This document shows positions 30,608 through 39,638 of a stretch of DNA of 64,000 bases, one piece after another (positions within the stretch are counted from its first letter, which is position 1; each line of letters begins with the position of its first letter). A model generated the notes under the pieces. That model had not been told where the DNA came from. It worked only from the letters and a program-made list of their open reading frames with translations, and searched no databases. The translations under genes were made by a program, and so were the position numbers. Source of the DNA: an uncultured Verrucomicrobiales bacterium (GTDB lineage: Bacteria > Verrucomicrobiota > Verrucomicrobiia > Verrucomicrobiales > DEV007); contig CALKOM010000006.1 in the NCBI GenBank assembly GCA_938091905.1, positions 1 through 64,000 of the forward strand, written 5' to 3'.

Positions 30608-32836
30608 GTGAAACATCCGTTTCTAATTTCGCTGCTCACTCTGTGCTGTCTCCTGGCAGGGGCTCTCGGCACACCTGATGTCGTTGAGTTGGGTCAACGA
30701 CTCAAGCATGCCGAGAAAGAAGAGCGGCGACTGGCAGCCTACCAGTTACAGCAAATGGGCGAGAGCGCCGCACCAGCTGTCCGTCAGCTCGCCAAAGCAC
30801 TCAGCGATGATGACGATCAGGTCTGGCTCCGGGCCACAATGACCTTGGCGAAGATCGGTCCGAAAGCCCAGCATGCCATCCCCCCGCTTGTTGATCAGAT
30901 GGGCGGCAATGGCGCCCGCTATGCGGAGACGCGAAGTCGACAGTCTGCCTACGCTCTAAGCAAGATCGGCGAGGCCGCGGTCCCTGCGCTCCTCACCGCC
31001 CTGCAAGACGAGAATGAGCATCGCCGCTGGGGGGCCGTGCACGCGCTCGGTCTGATTGGCGAACCAGCCTATTCGTCCCTCGATGCTATTCTAAAGTTAC
31101 TCGCTGATGTGGATCAAATTGTCTTCGAGGAAACAGTGGAAACGTGTGTTGCCTTCGGCGAGATTGCTGTGGATCAGGCTGCGGATCAACTGAGCGCTGA
31201 ATCAGATCAAGTCCGTATCGGTGCGGCTACCATTCTCCGACGCCTCAGCGGGCATGCCCATTCTCAAAGGGACCAGGTTTTAGCTGCCTTAATCCATGAA
31301 AAAGTCCCAGCTGTCCGTGGTTCTCTGGTGTTGGCAGCCGTCGCCTTCGACATCGACGCAGAGTTTCTTGCTCCGATCGTGACCCAGGCCCTTCTCGGAG
31401 AAGAGATTGAGCAAGACGCCGCATTCTTGGCCGTGCTTACGAGCTCAGAGATTTCTAGCGAGATGGTGTCTAAACTCGCGCTCCTCTTGTCAGATAGGGA
31501 CCAAGCACGTCGTGAGCGTGCCGCCAATTTGTTAGGTCGCCTTGGTGCCTCCGCCAGTCCTGCTGCCGCCGCTCTCGTCGCTCGACTTCAAGCGGGTTCA
31601 TTGGAATCATCAGAAGAGAAACGCTATCTCAATGCGCTCATTCTCATCGGCTCTAACGTCGTCCCGCAAGTGATCGCCGCAACAGCTACGGCTTCACCGG
31701 AGTCTATCAGTGGTTCTCACTGGACCGTGCGCGCCCTGCAGGGATTGGCTCCCATTGCTTTGCCAGAACTCGAAGCGCAACTTCAGACAGCCTCTCCTTC
31801 GGTGGCGTGCGCTTTGCTTCGAGCCCTTCCTCATTATAGCCGCAGAAATCGTGCTGTGGAGAAACCAGTGCGCGCCTGGCTCAGGAGTGAAACTGAGGCG
31901 CTTCGCGCGGGAGCAGTCAACATGCTCGGACGACTGTCTCTGCCGAGTAAGGTCTGGATCGCAGCCCAAACAAACGCTTTGAAAGACCCTTCGCCGGAAG
32001 TGAGAATTGCGGCGATCACGACACTGGAGAACGTGCCTGTCTCTAACAAAATGCGGCTCACTCATCTAACGAATGCCTTAGAAGACGATGAGCGTGTGGT
32101 CAGAAAGTGCGCGGCGGGAGCTTTGGGTGACCTTGGCAGTTTGGCCAAAGAAGCCTTACCTGTTTTATTAGCGTCTGTGCAAGGGCCATCTCCTACCGCT
32201 GGTTATCGCAATACGGTTATTGAAACGTTTGGTAAGATAGGAAACGATGCCGAATCAGCCGTGCCGTATCTCCGAACTCTTCTCCACGATGAAATGGATG
32301 AGGCGACGTGCTTGCAAAGTTTACGGGCGCTTGCCGCCATTGGGGTCAAAGCAGAGAGATCGATCCCAGAAATCCTGGCGCTTTGCGAGCACCAAGCGAT
32401 CGATCTTCGTCGCGGTGCCTTGGAGGCGCTTGGTAGTGTTTCCGATCAGGCGGAACAAAAGATCCCTGTTTTTCTCAAGGCTCTCGACGATTCTTCTCCA
32501 GACGTGCGTCGGCCAGTGATTGCTGGCCTTGGTCGGCTTCGTGGAGAAGCTGCTCCCGCTGCTGGTCGACTTGTTGATCTGCTAAATTCGGAGGAAGATC
32601 GTGAGGCCGCACTCGATGCTCTCAGAGAAATCCGCCCTGAAGATCTCGATCTTTGCCTTCGGCTTTTGAAATCTGAAAACGTCGGTGGGCGTCTCCTTGC
32701 CTGTGATCGGTTGGGGCGAATGAAGGACCGCCGCGCGCTCCCTGAGCTTCGTGCAGCCCGCGATGACGATGAGCACCGCTACGTTCGCCGTCGTGCGCGC
32801 GAGGCTATCAGCCGGATTGAAAGTGCCAAGAAGTAG
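30608..32836 (+). CDS. Secreted HEAT-repeat (PBS lyase-like) protein
   Basis: Signal peptide and many AVPAL..AL.D....VR..AA.ALG repeats. Confidence 0.85.
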   Translation: MKHPFLISLLTLCCLLAGALGTPDVVELGQRLKHAEKEERRLAAYQLQQMGESAAPAVRQLAKALSDDDDQVWLRATMTLAKIGPKAQHAIPPLVDQMGGNGARYAETRSRQSAYALSKIGEAAVPALLTALQDENEHRRWGAVHALGLIGEPAYSSLDAILKLLADVDQIVFEETVETCVAFGEIAVDQAADQLSAESDQVRIGAATILRRLSGHAHSQRDQVLAALIHEKVPAVRGSLVLAAVAFDIDAEFLAPIVTQALLGEEIEQDAAFLAVLTSSEISSEMVSKLALLLSDRDQARRERAANLLGRLGASASPAAAALVARLQAGSLESSEEKRYLNALILIGSNVVPQVIAATATASPESISGSHWTVRALQGLAPIALPELEAQLQTASPSVACALLRALPHYSRRNRAVEKPVRAWLRSETEALRAGAVNMLGRLSLPSKVWIAAQTNALKDPSPEVRIAAITTLENVPVSNKMRLTHLTNALEDDERVVRKCAAGALGDLGSLAKEALPVLLASVQGPSPTAGYRNTVIETFGKIGNDAESAVPYLRTLLHDEMDEATCLQSLRALAAIGVKAERSIPEILALCEHQAIDLRRGALEALGSVSDQAEQKIPVFLKALDDSSPDVRRPVIAGLGRLRGEAAPAAGRLVDLLNSEEDREAALDALREIRPEDLDLCLRLLKSENVGGRLLACDRLGRMKDRRALPELRAARDDDEHRYVRRRAREAISRIESAKK

Positions 32837-33001
32837 CTTGGGCGAGGGGCAGTCTGAGGAAGGACGGATACTTTTTCGGTCGAACCTGGAGCGTGAAAGT
32901 CGTAAAAATACAATTGAAAGCACGATTAGAGCAATCCTTTCGTTCTGATGGTGCATTCAATCGGGCTTTGTACAAAAATGCTCGAATTAAGAAGTTTGCC
33001 G

Positions 33002-33158
33002 ATGAATAGGCATTAAGTCTTCTTGGTCGAAGAGGATCCTGCGGTGGCCGCATTTCTAACGAGTGCCCTGGAACTCATGGGAGTGAAGGTGGACTGCCAC
33101 TGCCTTTCTAGAAAAACCCATCGATTTTAGGATTTTAAAGGCATATCCGAAGTGGTGA
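33002..33158 (+). pseudogene. Internally deleted CheY-like receiver-domain gene
   Basis: MNRH*VFLVEEDPAVAAFLTSALELMGVKVD (beta1-alpha1-beta2) is joined out of frame to ATAFLEKPIDFRILKAYPKW* (beta5 KP-alpha5). Not in the ORF track. Confidence 0.65.
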
Positions 33159-33255
33159 AGCCGATCCTGGCCTGCATCGATACGAAGAGCTGCCGGGCAT
33201 TTCTTTAAAGGAAGTCCGCTCTAGATGCTAAAGTTTCTTCTAGGCAGGATTGACC

Positions 33256-33283
33256 TTGAATCCAGTAACTAAATTGAATCCAG
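33256..33283. repeat. 10-bp direct repeat TTGAATCCAG, 18-bp period
   Basis: Copies at 33256-33265 and 33274-33283, upstream of the DUF1080 gene. Confidence 0.5.
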
Positions 33284-33326
33284 CTTTGGGCTTGAGGAAA
33301 GAACTCGAGGGCAAGAGGATGGAAGT

Positions 33327-34343
33327 ATGAAACATGCCTTCTCTATTCTCTCTGGTGCCGCATTCTTGGCCATGGCTCCTAGTCTACTGGCCCAAGATGC
33401 CTTTCTCGGTCGTTGGGCTTTGACCATTCCAAATGGAGGTGCCGGGTGGCTTGGCGTGGAGAAGAAGGATGGGTATTACGACGCGGGCATTCTTTGGGGT
33501 GGAGGGAGTGTTGTGCCGGTGGCTAGTGTCTATTTCCCTAGCGAAGACACGATGGTGGTGACGCGTGTGAACGACGTGAAGCGGCGGGATGCCAGTGGGA
33601 AGAAGGTTGTCCGGACACATCAGTTCACTGATCTTGTGAAAGCCAAGGTAAATGGTGATGTGTTGAGCCTAACGATATCGCGTCCCAAGCGTGACGGTTC
33701 GGGCGTGACAGAAGAAAGTTTTTCAGGCAAACGCATCGCTCCGCTGCCCCCTAAGCCGGACCTTGCCAAGGTGAAATTTGCCGATTCTCAGGTGCTCTTT
33801 CGATCGGAGTCTGATTTGACCAAGTGGGAACTGATGAATCCTGACAAGAAGGATAATGGCTGGAGCGTCAAGGACGGCGTCCTCATGAACCGCGCCGCGC
33901 AGGAAGAAGGCAAACCTCGCAAGCACTATGGTAACCTGCAAACGAAGGAAAAGTTCGAAGACTTTAACCTGACGCTCGGTGTCCGTGTGCCGAAGAACGG
34001 AAACAGTGGCCTCTATCTTCGTGGCATCTATGAGATTCAAGTAGCCGACACTCATGATAAACCGTTGGATTCGCATCACATGGGCGGCATCTACAGCCGC
34101 GTTGCTCCGAGCGTCATGGCAGAGAAGCCAACTGGGGAGTGGCAAACCTACGATATCACCTTGGTCGACCGTCATGTCACGGTCATCCTCAATGGCAAGA
34201 AGATCCATGACAACGTGCCGTTGGAAGGTTGCACAGGAGGGGCGCTGTGGTCAGACGAGACCCTGCCTGGGCCCCTCTATTTGCAGGGGGACCACACGGA
34301 TGTGGACTACCGGAATGTCGTTATTCGACCGGTCGCGAAATAG
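33327..34343 (+). CDS. DUF1080 family secreted protein with N-terminal beta domain
   Basis: Signal peptide, GNSGLYLRGIYEIQV, MGGIYS, WQTYDIT and LYLQGDH. Confidence 0.9.
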   Translation: MKHAFSILSGAAFLAMAPSLLAQDAFLGRWALTIPNGGAGWLGVEKKDGYYDAGILWGGGSVVPVASVYFPSEDTMVVTRVNDVKRRDASGKKVVRTHQFTDLVKAKVNGDVLSLTISRPKRDGSGVTEESFSGKRIAPLPPKPDLAKVKFADSQVLFRSESDLTKWELMNPDKKDNGWSVKDGVLMNRAAQEEGKPRKHYGNLQTKEKFEDFNLTLGVRVPKNGNSGLYLRGIYEIQVADTHDKPLDSHHMGGIYSRVAPSVMAEKPTGEWQTYDITLVDRHVTVILNGKKIHDNVPLEGCTGGALWSDETLPGPLYLQGDHTDVDYRNVVIRPVAK

Positions 34344-34422
34344 GTTGTGATCGCTGGCCGATGTTCAGAAGGTCACGGCGGCGACGGAGCACCGCCATCC
34401 GGGATTTGATGGCGATTTAATC

Positions 34423-36120
34423 ATGAGTCGTAAGTTCGCCATCGCTCTCTTTGGCGTGATGGGGGTGTTCTTTGCCCTCTTCTTTGTCTGGCCAATCGCC
34501 ATTACAGTACGCGAGGCGTTCGTCACCAATGATGGGCAGTTTACACTGGCTTACTTGGGTGATGTCTTTCTGAATCCGCTCTACGTCGAGGGACTGATCA
34601 ACTCGCTCAAGATGGGCGTGTTTAGCACGTTGCTGGCCATTCTGCTAGCACTACCGCTTGCGGTGTTGACGGACCGTTACGTCTTTCCCGGAAAGGCGTG
34701 GTTCTCCTCACTTATTCTCTTGCCTTTGATGCTTCCTCCCTTTGTGGGCGCGATCGGTATCAAGCACCTCTTGGGCAAGATGGGCGTGTTGAATACCGGT
34801 TTGATCAATATCGGACTGATGAATCCCGCTCAGCCCGTCGATTGGTTAGGCGAAAGCCAGTTGTTAGGCGTGGTGATCATGAATGCGCTTCATCTCTACC
34901 CGATCATCTATCTAAACGTCTCTGCAGCATTGGCCAACCTTGATCCAGCCATGGAAGAGGCTGCGGAGAATCTAGGGTGTGGTCGTTGGCGTCGCTTCTT
35001 TAAGATCACGCTTCCGCTGACCATGCCTGGACTGTTCGCGGGCGCGACCATCGTTTTTATCTGGGCTTTTACCGAGCTTGGCGTGCCACTGATGTTCGAC
35101 TTCAGACGGGTGACGTCCGTGCAGATCTTCAACGGCCTGAAGGATCTTTCGGGAAATCCGACGCCCTACGCGCTCGTAGTGGTCTTGCTGGCTGCGGCCA
35201 TTCTGATGTTCGCGCTGAGCAAAGGCGTCTTTGGGCGACGTGCTCAAGCCATTGCTGGCAAGGCGTCGATTGGACGGCAACCGCGCCCGTTAGGCACAGC
35301 GAGAGCCCTCGCCTGCACCCTTCTCTTCACGACGGTGACGGTAGTCGCGGTCTTGCCGCATGTGGCTGTCGTGCTGACGTCCCTTTCCAAGGATTGGTAT
35401 GGGACGATCCTACCAGATACTTTTACATTGGCTTCCTATGAAGAGGCGCTTGGCCATCCACTGACATTGCTTTCCATCAAGAATAGCCTCATCTACGCGA
35501 GTTTGGCCACGGTGCTCGATGTCGTTCTCGGTGTGGCCATCGCCTATGTGGTCGTGCGGACTACTTTGCCGGGGCGCTACTTGCTCGATGGCATGGCCAT
35601 GATGCCGCTCGCTGTGCCTGGGCTTGTGTTGGCGTTCGGCTACCTGGCGATGACTCGGGAGGGGCAGTTCTTTGATTTCCTGATGTTGGGAGAGAATCCT
35701 ATTCTTCTCCTTGTCATCGCCTATGCGGTTCGCCGATTGCCTTACGTCGTTCGATCTGCAGCCGCAGGTTTCCAGCAAACCAGCGTTTCGTTAGAAGAGG
35801 CTGCGCAGAATCTTGGAGCAAGTCCGTTCAAAGCCTTGCGCAAGATCACCTTGCCACTGATTTCGGCAAATATCCTTGCCGGAGGCTTGTTAGCATTTGC
35901 TTTTGCCATGCTTGAAGTTTCGGACTCTCTCATTCTGGCGACTAAGCAGGCGTATTTCCCCATCACGACAGCTATGTATGCACTCTTCAATGCCTTGGGA
36001 AACGGAGAAAAACTTGCCTCTGCTCTAGGTGTCTGGGCCATGGCTTTTCTCGCGATTACTATCATTGGGGCGAGCCTCATTCTGGGAAAGAAGATGGGAG
36101 CCCTTTTTCGTATCTCGTGA
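34423..36120 (+). CDS. ABC transporter permease, Fe(III)/thiamine (FbpB/ThiP)-type, two fused domains
   Basis: ~12 TMs and two EAA loops (MEEAAENLG, LEEAAQNLGA), plus PLMLPPFVGA. Confidence 0.9.
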   Translation: MSRKFAIALFGVMGVFFALFFVWPIAITVREAFVTNDGQFTLAYLGDVFLNPLYVEGLINSLKMGVFSTLLAILLALPLAVLTDRYVFPGKAWFSSLILLPLMLPPFVGAIGIKHLLGKMGVLNTGLINIGLMNPAQPVDWLGESQLLGVVIMNALHLYPIIYLNVSAALANLDPAMEEAAENLGCGRWRRFFKITLPLTMPGLFAGATIVFIWAFTELGVPLMFDFRRVTSVQIFNGLKDLSGNPTPYALVVVLLAAAILMFALSKGVFGRRAQAIAGKASIGRQPRPLGTARALACTLLFTTVTVVAVLPHVAVVLTSLSKDWYGTILPDTFTLASYEEALGHPLTLLSIKNSLIYASLATVLDVVLGVAIAYVVVRTTLPGRYLLDGMAMMPLAVPGLVLAFGYLAMTREGQFFDFLMLGENPILLLVIAYAVRRLPYVVRSAAAGFQQTSVSLEEAAQNLGASPFKALRKITLPLISANILAGGLLAFAFAMLEVSDSLILATKQAYFPITTAMYALFNALGNGEKLASALGVWAMAFLAITIIGASLILGKKMGALFRIS

Positions 36121-38117
36121 CTTCGTATCCAAGAGTTTTCCTGTGGGTAGCCATGTTCCTTGTGTCGTGGCCACCAAGGATTGTCTCTGCTCAGGAGGAC
36201 GTCGTTGAGCCCATATGGACCCTGTCGCAAGCACCAGGGATCGTGCAGGAGGCATTCGACCTGAGAGCGAACTATAATCTAACGGGAGCGACAGTGCATT
36301 ACACGATTGACGGAAGTGCCCCTTCATTGGATAGCCCGCTGTGGTCTGGCCGATACCGGGCAGAGGCAACGATTATGCTGCGTTGGATAGCGGTCGTAGA
36401 CGAGGTGATTGTGGCGCGAAAGGGCGCTGGCTATCTGTTTGCGGACGCTGGGGTGGCGGACTTCAGTTCAGATTTGCCAATTGTGGTCGTGGATTCTTTC
36501 GGTGTGGATATTGACAGCGAAGGCTTGGCGGATTCACGCGGCCCCAAGCGCCCTGTTTGGTCGGTCTTCTTTGAACGAGACCCATCTACTGGGCGGGCCT
36601 CACCCAGAGGTACTGTGGATTTCTCTGGGCGAGCTGGCATGCGGGTTCGGGGACAATCGTCGACCATGTTTCCGAAGAAGCAGTACACGTTAGAACTGTG
36701 GGATGAGGAGAACGATGACCAGAGTGCGAGCTTGTTAGGTTTTCCAAGAGAATCAGATTGGATTCTTCACGCGCCCTTCTCTGACAAGACCCTCATGCGT
36801 AATGTCCTCGCCTACGCGTGGTTTCGAGAAATGGGGCACTATGCGGTAAAGACCCAGTACGTGGAACTCTTCTATAATCGTGACGGCGACTCCGTCTCTC
36901 TTCAGGACTATGTGGGGGTCTATGTCCTTATGGAGAAGATTAAACGCGATTCCGAAAGGGTGGCGATTACCAAGCTAGACGAGACGGTGAGTGAGCTTCC
37001 CGAATTGAGTGGTGGTTACATCTTCAAGAAAGACAAAGGCACGCAGAATGATGTGAACTTTCGCACGCCAGACGGTCATCGATTTGGCTTTGTCGAGCCA
37101 GATGAGCCAACGGAACTTCAGTTCCACTACTTGGATGGCCACTTAGCAGAGTTCGAGCATGCCCTTTACAGCCGAGATTTTAAAGATCCCGACAAAGGGT
37201 ATGCAGCCTACATCGACGTGGATTCTTTCATCGATGTTCATCTTCACGTGGAGATCTGTCGGAACATTGATGGCATTCGGCTAAGCACCTATTATCACAA
37301 AGACCGCGAGGGGAAGATCAACATGGGACCCGTGTGGGATTACAATCTCTCGTTAGGCAATACCACGATGCGAGAGGGGCAATACCCAGATGGTTGGTAC
37401 CACCACACGATACATGATCGTGAATACACTTACTTTGCGCGTCTCTTTGAAGACCCTGGGTTCGAGCTTCTTTATTGGGATCGCTACTATCAGCTTCGCA
37501 AGACAATGTTCTCTAGAGCTAGGCTTGCTGAACAGATCAAAGAACTAACCAGGGAGCTAAGCGAATCTCAAGAGCGCAATTTCCGAAAATGGCAGATTCT
37601 TGGTATGCCTGTTTGGCAGAATCCTAGAGGCGTGTGGAAACGACAAAGCCATCAAGCCGAAGTTGAGTGGATGAAGCGCTGGCTCTTCCAACGGCTCGAG
37701 TGGATGGACGGGCAATTTATCCCTCCACCTGTGATTAAAGCTAGTGCTACTCCATTGCCGCCTGGCGGGACTGTTTTTCTGAACTTGCCATCATTGGGCC
37801 CAAGGCTTCGAAATCCGCAGCTAGTCTACACAATGGACGGGAGCGATCCACGGGGGGCGGATAATCGGCCGTCTGCGACAGCCGCAAGTGTGGCACCCGG
37901 AACGGCCGTAGAATTGGCCACGACTTCGACCGTTTGTGTGCGTGCCTTGGATAGGTCACGCTGGGGCGCGCTTGAAGAGATTGAAGTCGTGGTGGATGCC
38001 TCGCTGCCTGCCATGGAGCCTAACTCACAGAGATCGTGGAGCTACTGGCTGATGGTATTAATCATTGGAGTTGCTCTTCTCATGGGCATTGGGTGGAAAC
38101 GTGTGCGCTCTTTGTAA
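36117..38117 (+). CDS. CotH kinase-family protein with YTxDGSxP (FN3-associated) domains and C-terminal TM anchor
   Basis: RVRGQSS..FPKKQY, DKTLMRN, YVGVYVLMEKIK, GPVWDYNLSLGN, YTIDGSAP and YTMDGSDP. Ends with a TM helix followed by KRVR. Confidence 0.88.
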   Translation: MTSYPRVFLWVAMFLVSWPPRIVSAQEDVVEPIWTLSQAPGIVQEAFDLRANYNLTGATVHYTIDGSAPSLDSPLWSGRYRAEATIMLRWIAVVDEVIVARKGAGYLFADAGVADFSSDLPIVVVDSFGVDIDSEGLADSRGPKRPVWSVFFERDPSTGRASPRGTVDFSGRAGMRVRGQSSTMFPKKQYTLELWDEENDDQSASLLGFPRESDWILHAPFSDKTLMRNVLAYAWFREMGHYAVKTQYVELFYNRDGDSVSLQDYVGVYVLMEKIKRDSERVAITKLDETVSELPELSGGYIFKKDKGTQNDVNFRTPDGHRFGFVEPDEPTELQFHYLDGHLAEFEHALYSRDFKDPDKGYAAYIDVDSFIDVHLHVEICRNIDGIRLSTYYHKDREGKINMGPVWDYNLSLGNTTMREGQYPDGWYHHTIHDREYTYFARLFEDPGFELLYWDRYYQLRKTMFSRARLAEQIKELTRELSESQERNFRKWQILGMPVWQNPRGVWKRQSHQAEVEWMKRWLFQRLEWMDGQFIPPPVIKASATPLPPGGTVFLNLPSLGPRLRNPQLVYTMDGSDPRGADNRPSATAASVAPGTAVELATTSTVCVRALDRSRWGALEEIEVVVDASLPAMEPNSQRSWSYWLMVLIIGVALLMGIGWKRVRSL

Positions 38118-38128
38118 AGCAGCCTTAT

Positions 38129-38157
38129 TTGACACTTGGGTCGGTTGCCTCCACCTT
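38129..38157 (+). promoter_or_regulatory. sigma70-like promoter, leaderless configuration
   Basis: TTGACA-17nt-CACCTT-7nt-ATG(38165). Confidence 0.5.
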
Positions 38158-38164
38158 TCTCTTT

Positions 38165-39619
38165 ATGAGAAGTGTGCTGTCGATTGCCGTCGTCGCCTTG
38201 GTCACTGGAGTCGGGGGATTCCTCATGGGCTACAGTCCTAGCCAGTCCGATGGGTCCTTGGATTCTGGGCTTACCTTGGAGAAAGGAAGTCTCCTGGGTT
38301 CTAACATTCCTTTGAATGCGCTGTCACCTGCTGAGCGTCGTGAAGCGGGGCATCGGGTGGCGACCATGAGCCAGGGAGGTCAGGATTACACTGACGAGGA
38401 TTTCCAGAATGATTTGCTTCGTCTTGGTAAAAGTGCGAGTCCGATCGGGCGTTTTGATAGTCTGACGCGCATGTTAGAAAACCTGAGCCCAGAGAATTTG
38501 CCCAGGGTGCTCAAGGCGTTTGAGAAACTGCCGCCCACTCCGGAGTACATTAACGAGTATCAAATGCTTCTCCATGCATGGACAAAATTTGACCGGTCTG
38601 GGGCGATCAAGTTTGTCGAGAACTTGGTTGGTGATGGTGCGGGGGGTGAACTGACTCTGAGTCAGGAGGAGCTTCTGAAGCCCGTGCTGTCTTCGTGGGC
38701 GAGTGAGAATCCTCAGAAGGCACTGGAGTGGTTTAAGTATTTGCCGGAAGACCAGCAGACCCACCACATGGAAATGAGTCTCTTGGCAGGATGGGCTGTC
38801 AATGATCCTGGCACTGCTGCGGAATACCTCCAAAGTAAGAAGCCGGGTCAGAAACGTGAGTACTTAATTGGTCAGGTTGTTTCAGAACTGTTCCGTAAGA
38901 GCCCCCAAAGCGCAGTGGAATGGGCGGAGTCCTCGGGTGGAGATTGGAAGTTCAAAGAGCAGGTCTTTGAAGAGCTGGCTGAAGATTGGGTTAGTAACGA
39001 TCCACAGGGTTTGGCAGACATGTTGAAGGGTCATGTGAACGAGCGTTATTCATGGGAGGCGGTAGAAGACTTGGGCCGCGGATGGGTCGCCACGGACTCG
39101 GATGCGGCCACGACATGGTTCGAAGGCCTTGAAGATGGACCGGCCAAACAGAAGGGCATCGAGAAGATGGCTCAAAGCTGGGCTGAGAATGATCTGACAT
39201 CTATGGGGGAATGGCTCAATTCCCTGCCAGATTCCCCAACAACGGACAGAGGTGTGAAAGCGTATTCTGAACGTCTCGCTGAGCAGTCTCCGAGTCTCGC
39301 GCTCGATTCGGCCATGGGCATCCAAGATGACGGCATTCGCAACGGCACCGTCCAAGATATCGCTCAGGACTGGTTTGCCAAAGATGCAGATTCTGCGATC
39401 GACTGGGCGAGTTCGAACAATTATCCTGAGGAGGGCCTTGGGCGGACTTTGGAAACCTATGCCGACATGAACTCCGAGCAGTTGCGTGAAGTCACCAAGC
39501 AGATCAATAGGGACCAATTGCCTCCAGAGCAAATGGTCGAGCTGACGGCAACGAAAGAGATGTTAGAGAGACAAGCGCAGCAGCTGAAGCAGGCGTTGGC
39601 GCCAGCTGAAGGCGGGTAG
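38165..39619 (+). CDS. Membrane-anchored helical repeat hypothetical protein
   Basis: N-terminal TM and recurrent W...DP..A..W/Y units (WASENPQKALEW, WAVNDPGTAAEY, WVSNDPQG, WFAKDADSAIDW). Confidence 0.75.
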   Translation: MRSVLSIAVVALVTGVGGFLMGYSPSQSDGSLDSGLTLEKGSLLGSNIPLNALSPAERREAGHRVATMSQGGQDYTDEDFQNDLLRLGKSASPIGRFDSLTRMLENLSPENLPRVLKAFEKLPPTPEYINEYQMLLHAWTKFDRSGAIKFVENLVGDGAGGELTLSQEELLKPVLSSWASENPQKALEWFKYLPEDQQTHHMEMSLLAGWAVNDPGTAAEYLQSKKPGQKREYLIGQVVSELFRKSPQSAVEWAESSGGDWKFKEQVFEELAEDWVSNDPQGLADMLKGHVNERYSWEAVEDLGRGWVATDSDAATTWFEGLEDGPAKQKGIEKMAQSWAENDLTSMGEWLNSLPDSPTTDRGVKAYSERLAEQSPSLALDSAMGIQDDGIRNGTVQDIAQDWFAKDADSAIDWASSNNYPEEGLGRTLETYADMNSEQLREVTKQINRDQLPPEQMVELTATKEMLERQAQQLKQALAPAEGG

Positions 39620-39638
39620 AGAGTGCGCTCTGTGACTT

